The translations under genes and the position numbers were made by a program. This document shows, piece after piece, positions 60,463 through 64,000 of a DNA stretch of 64,000 bases (its first letter is position 1; the number at the start of each line of letters is the position of its first letter). Where the stretch lies: positions 1 through 64,000 of IMG/VR virus record IMGVR_UViG_3300027902_000008. The stretch is one strand, 5' to 3'. The notes beneath the pieces are model-generated. The model saw only the letters and a list, made by a program, of their open reading frames with translations. It was not told the DNA's origin and did not search any database. The stretch comes from a virus.

Positions 60463-61123
60463 AGTATTTCACAAGCCTATTGTGTTTGTTGAACCGCAGG
60501 ATTGGAAAATATATGCGGAAAATAACAATGGTATTAATATTGTTCAAATGAATGCTGATGATAAAGGAATATCATTCGCAAGAAATTATATACTTGACTT
60601 TATGAAAGACGAAATATTTTGTATGGCTGATGATGATATTACTGCTATCTATAAAAAGGAAGGTAGTAAATTTATTAAGTTATTAGATTTATTAGATACT
60701 GAAGAATTTCTTAATGATATGGAAGGGATAATGATAAATTCCAAAATAGCAATGCTTGGATTACCTACCAAAGCATATAGCTGGTGTAAAGATAAGGTAA
60801 TGGACTTTAATACTAAATTAATGAATCTGATATTTATAAACGGAAAGTTATTATATCCGTTAAGATATGATGAAAACATTAAGCACGGAGAAGACGTGGA
60901 TATGTTTATTCAGATAGTAAGAAGCGGAAGGACTAACGCAATGTATAACTTATTTACTTATACAAATGCAAAGTCAGGCAAGTTGACAGGAGGTTGTCAG
61001 TTAATAAGAACAGACGGAGATATGATAAGAAGTCTGAGTTATATGAACCTTAAATGGGGAGAAGGGACTGTTAAGGGCAAGATGAAAAATGGTATCTTGT
61101 GCCATACAGTAAAAATAAAATGA
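60404..61123 (+). CDS. GT-A fold glycosyltransferase, paralogue of the previous gene
   Basis: VVIPSKAR, GISFARNYIL, MADDDI, RYDE..GEDVD, GGC. Confidence 0.8.
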   Translation: MENMRVVIPSKARPKFPSSKVFHKPIVFVEPQDWKIYAENNNGINIVQMNADDKGISFARNYILDFMKDEIFCMADDDITAIYKKEGSKFIKLLDLLDTEEFLNDMEGIMINSKIAMLGLPTKAYSWCKDKVMDFNTKLMNLIFINGKLLYPLRYDENIKHGEDVDMFIQIVRSGRTNAMYNLFTYTNAKSGKLTGGCQLIRTDGDMIRSLSYMNLKWGEGTVKGKMKNGILCHTVKIK

Positions 61124-62160
61124 AAATAGGAATATTGACATTCCCAATAGGAAAAGTAGGCGGTATCATTACCAATGTGGTTAATTTTGAGAAAGGTTTG
61201 GTAAGGTTAGGACATCAAGTTGAGAAGTATTTTATTACGACTAATCTTAGAAAGAAACCAGATAAAAATGATTTTGGTTGGGAGTGTCTTGGATATGAAA
61301 ATGAGGCTTGGCATAAAGAATATCTTGAGAAAGTCAATATCCTTGATTTAATCATTTGGGCGGTATGTTGTCCACATTTAACAAAATCTTATATCAAAGA
61401 TACTTGGAAGAAATGTTATAACATAAAACCGAAACAGATGGCTTATATTCACGATAACTATTATGAAAAATATTATCCTTGGTTTATAGACATACCATTA
61501 AAATATCAGGTTAATTTGATATGTCCTTATCAATATATGTATGATGGTATAAAGAACCTTACTGCAATGAAGGCAATCATAGATAATCCATTAGAACTTA
61601 ATGAAGTAGGCTTATATACTGAGAATAAAAAAGACACAATTGTTGACCATAATAACTGGAAAAGTATTAAGCATAAAGAGATAGTTGTTAAATATGCTGA
61701 TAAAATAAACGGCAGGATAATAATGTATGGAGACCACGCTACCAGAGAATACAGGGAAGCCGTAGCAATGCCCAACTTCAAACTAATAGAAGATAAAGGA
61801 TGGGCTACCAGAGAAGCAATATATGAAGACCTTAAAAGAGCAAAGATTGTTACAGATATGTGCAAGCGTGGTAATGTTGACAGTATCTATGACTATACCA
61901 TAACAGAAGCAATAGCATATGGTTGCATACCAGTTTTACAGACCAAAATATGCCCAAGGCATAAAGGTTTATTTGTAGTATATGGCGAAGGAGAAAAGTT
62001 ACCCAGCGTGATAAATAACTTAATGAAGAGTTTTAATCTCTTTGATGATTTAAGGGCTAATAACCTAAAGTTTCTTGATACAATAAAGCCAGAAAAAATA
62101 GCGAAAAAGATTTTAGATTATAGCCAAATGATATATAAGATAGGAGAAGTATATGTCTAA
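61120..62160 (+). CDS. GT-B fold (GT4-like) glycosyltransferase
   Basis: MKIGILT...GGI...LGHQV N-terminus; [15 protein letters not shown]-terminal motif. Confidence 0.75.
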   Translation: MKIGILTFPIGKVGGIITNVVNFEKGLVRLGHQVEKYFITTNLRKKPDKNDFGWECLGYENEAWHKEYLEKVNILDLIIWAVCCPHLTKSYIKDTWKKCYNIKPKQMAYIHDNYYEKYYPWFIDIPLKYQVNLICPYQYMYDGIKNLTAMKAIIDNPLELNEVGLYTENKKDTIVDHNNWKSIKHKEIVVKYADKINGRIIMYGDHATREYREAVAMPNFKLIEDKGWATREAIYEDLKRAKIVTDMCKRGNVDSIYDYTITEAIAYGCIPVLQTKICPRHKGLFVVYGEGEKLPSVINNLMKSFNLFDDLRANNLKFLDTIKPEKIAKKILDYSQMIYKIGEVYV

Positions 62161-63157
62161 AGTTGCTTTAATAACAGGTATCACTGGACAGGATGGCTCA
62201 TATTTGGCTGAATTGTTGATGGAAAAAGGCTATGATATTCACGGAGTAATTAGAAGGGCAAGCACATTTAACACTAAGAGAATAGAACACATTATAGATT
62301 CAGAAGATAAAAGATACTTGCATTATGGAGATTTGGCGGACGGCTTTGATTCTTTGCTTTATGAACTACAGCCTGATGAAGTGTATAACATAGCCAGTAT
62401 GAGCCACGTAAGGATATCCTTTGATATACCTGTTTATACAGGAGAAATAACTGGGATAGGAGTAACCAGAATCTTAGAAGGTATTAAAAGGGTAGGTTTA
62501 ATTAAGAAGACCAAGTTTTATCAGGCATCCTCAAGTGAGATGTTTGGTATATCTCCGCCTCCTCAAAATGAGAATACACCATTTCAACCTGTAAGTCCTT
62601 ATGGTTGTGCCAAGCTATATGGCTATTGGATAACTAAAGTATATCGGACAGGGTATGGTATGTTTGCTTCCAATGGTATCTTGTTTAATCACGAAAGCCC
62701 ACGCAGAGGAGAGAACTTTGTAACCAGAAAGATAACCAGAGCAGCTGTAAGAATTAAATTAGGGGTTCAAGACAAAATCTATCTTGGCAACCTTGATGCT
62801 TTGAGAGACTGGGGATATGCCAAAGACTATATGGAAGCTATCTGGATGATTCTGCAACAGGAAAAGCCAGATGACTTTGTAATTTCAACAGGAGAGAACC
62901 ATACAGTCAAAGAGTTTGTTGAGGAAGTGTTTGGTTATCTGCACTTAGACCCTTGGAAGTATATAGAAATAAAGGACAGGTTTAGAAGACCTAATGAAGT
63001 TCCTGCCCTATGCGGAGACTCTGCTAAAGCAAGGAAGATATTAGGGTGGGAACCGAAGGTGAAGTTTAAGGAGTTGGTAAAGATGATGGTTGACGCTGAT
63101 TATAAAGAAGCCATCACAGAACTATGGGGGAGTAAAACTCAAAATGAAACTAACTAA
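62153..63157 (+). CDS. gmd: GDP-mannose 4,6-dehydratase
   Basis: [61 protein letters not shown]. Confidence 0.97.
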   Translation: MSKVALITGITGQDGSYLAELLMEKGYDIHGVIRRASTFNTKRIEHIIDSEDKRYLHYGDLADGFDSLLYELQPDEVYNIASMSHVRISFDIPVYTGEITGIGVTRILEGIKRVGLIKKTKFYQASSSEMFGISPPPQNENTPFQPVSPYGCAKLYGYWITKVYRTGYGMFASNGILFNHESPRRGENFVTRKITRAAVRIKLGVQDKIYLGNLDALRDWGYAKDYMEAIWMILQQEKPDDFVISTGENHTVKEFVEEVFGYLHLDPWKYIEIKDRFRRPNEVPALCGDSAKARKILGWEPKVKFKELVKMMVDADYKEAITELWGSKTQNETN

Positions 63158-63524
63158 AGTCCACGAAGATTCAAGAGGAGTAACCTATTCATTAGAAGGC
63201 GATTTGGAAGCCATAATGAATTATCCAGAAGTTGCCATATTCAAAACAAGAGCAGGAAAAGCAAGAGGCGGTTGTATTCATCATATTAATAGAGAGTTTG
63301 TCTGCGTATTGGAAGGTGAGATTGGATATGTCTTTGGAGAAGACAAGACAAGGAAGTTAATGTCTGCGGGTGATTCTTTTTGCATACCTAAATCAACGCC
63401 TCACTACTTTTATTCTATTACAGACTCTATTGTAATGGAATGGGGTGCTACTCTTGCTGAGAAAAAGGTTAAGCATCCTGCGTTTAGGCAGGTAGTTGAC
63501 AAGATAAACGAAGGAGAGTTATGA
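63144..63524 (+). CDS. Cupin, NDP-sugar epimerase/isomerase-like
   Basis: HEDSRG, RGGCIH, E..CVLEG, PHYF cupin motifs; lies between gmd and the aminotransferase. Confidence 0.75.
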   Translation: MKLTKVHEDSRGVTYSLEGDLEAIMNYPEVAIFKTRAGKARGGCIHHINREFVCVLEGEIGYVFGEDKTRKLMSAGDSFCIPKSTPHYFYSITDSIVMEWGATLAEKKVKHPAFRQVVDKINEGEL

Positions 63525-64000
63525 TAAAGCAATATGAGCCTTACTTTGGCAAGGAAGAAGCAGATGCTTTGACAGAGTATATGAAGTCAGGCGGTTGGAT
63601 TACAGAGTTTAAGAAAACCGCTGATTTTGAAAATAAGATAAAAGACTTCTTAAAGGTAAAATATTGTTCGGTAGTTAATAACGGAACTATCAGTTTGACA
63701 TTGGCACTTTTGGCAGTAGGCGTTAAGGCTGGCAATGAGGTGATAGTTCCCAATCTGACTATGATAGCCACTCCAAACGCAGTAAGGTTGATGGGTGCAA
63801 AGCCCATATTTGTAGATGTTTGCAAAGAAAATCTCTGTATGGATTTAGAACAAGCTATCACAAAGTTCAACAAAAAGACAAAGGCAGTTATATATGTGTC
63901 TCTAAACGGCAGGTCTCACGAAGCAGAATTAGATGTCTTTAAGAAGAAGTGTGCTGATTACAAGATAGCCTTTATAGAAGATTCTGCACAATCATTTGCC
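63521..64000 (+). CDS. DegT/DnrJ PLP-dependent sugar aminotransferase (perosamine-synthase-like), 3'-truncated, not in the ORF track
   Basis: Hand translation: [13 protein letters not shown]...VNNGTISLTLAL...EVIVPNLTMIATPNAV...GAKPIFVDV...IEDSAQSF. Confidence 0.92.
   Translation, partial: MIKQYEPYFGKEEADALTEYMKSGGWITEFKKTADFENKIKDFLKVKYCSVVNNGTISLTLALLAVGVKAGNEVIVPNLTMIATPNAVRLMGAKPIFVDVCKENLCMDLEQAITKFNKKTKAVIYVSLNGRSHEAELDVFKKKCADYKIAFIEDSAQSFA

Noticed and set aside
1131-63873. Minus-strand ORFs in the track (e.g. 19556..19912, 22461..23225, 63541..63873)
   Set aside because: They are antisense to well-supported + strand genes or RNA, lack RBSs and show no recognisable motifs.
62153-64000. 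gmd/DegT as a host O-antigen locus marking a prophage boundary
   Set aside because: The genes overlap continuously with phage-type ParB/radical SAM/GT genes, share the same composition and palindrome avoidance, and no integrase or att site is visible.
1-64000. Stop-codon reassignment
   Set aside because: Conserved genes (ligase, RecA, primase-helicase, gmd) are full length in the standard code, and TAA, TAG and TGA all terminate genes.

Overview
The window is a 64-kb internal segment of a large, AT-rich, tailed dsDNA bacteriophage. Essentially all real genes are on the + strand. GGAGG ribosome-binding sites and sigma70-type promoters indicate a bacterial host. 1-19.3 kb: end of the virion module (fibre, head-tail connectors, tail tube, frameshifting tail chaperone, tape measure, tail tip, small membrane proteins); seven of these structural genes carry short (Y/F/I)-S-G repeat tracts. 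19.3-20.25 kb: terminator, strong promoter and a ~600-nt highly base-paired non-coding region ending in a type II hammerhead ribozyme. 20.3-57 kb: early/replication genes (SpoVG, ATP-dependent ligase, Cas4-like nuclease, MoxR AAA+/VWA pair, HNH nucleases, SSB, PC4, initiator, primase-helicase, RecA, Fic, a tRNA-like gene with a UAU anticodon) and many small unknown ORFs. 57.4-64 kb: ParB-like, radical SAM, three glycosyltransferases, gmd, cupin and a DegT aminotransferase, i.e. a sugar-modification cluster. The most striking locus is 33.7-35.5 kb. Four non-coding arrays of strictly phased 5-nt units (DTT-NN, about 103 units, variable dinucleotides) are interleaved with a RAMP/Cas7-like gene and a partner gene, a candidate non-CRISPR RNA-guided system. 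All protein calls come from motif recognition by eye; no database searches were run.
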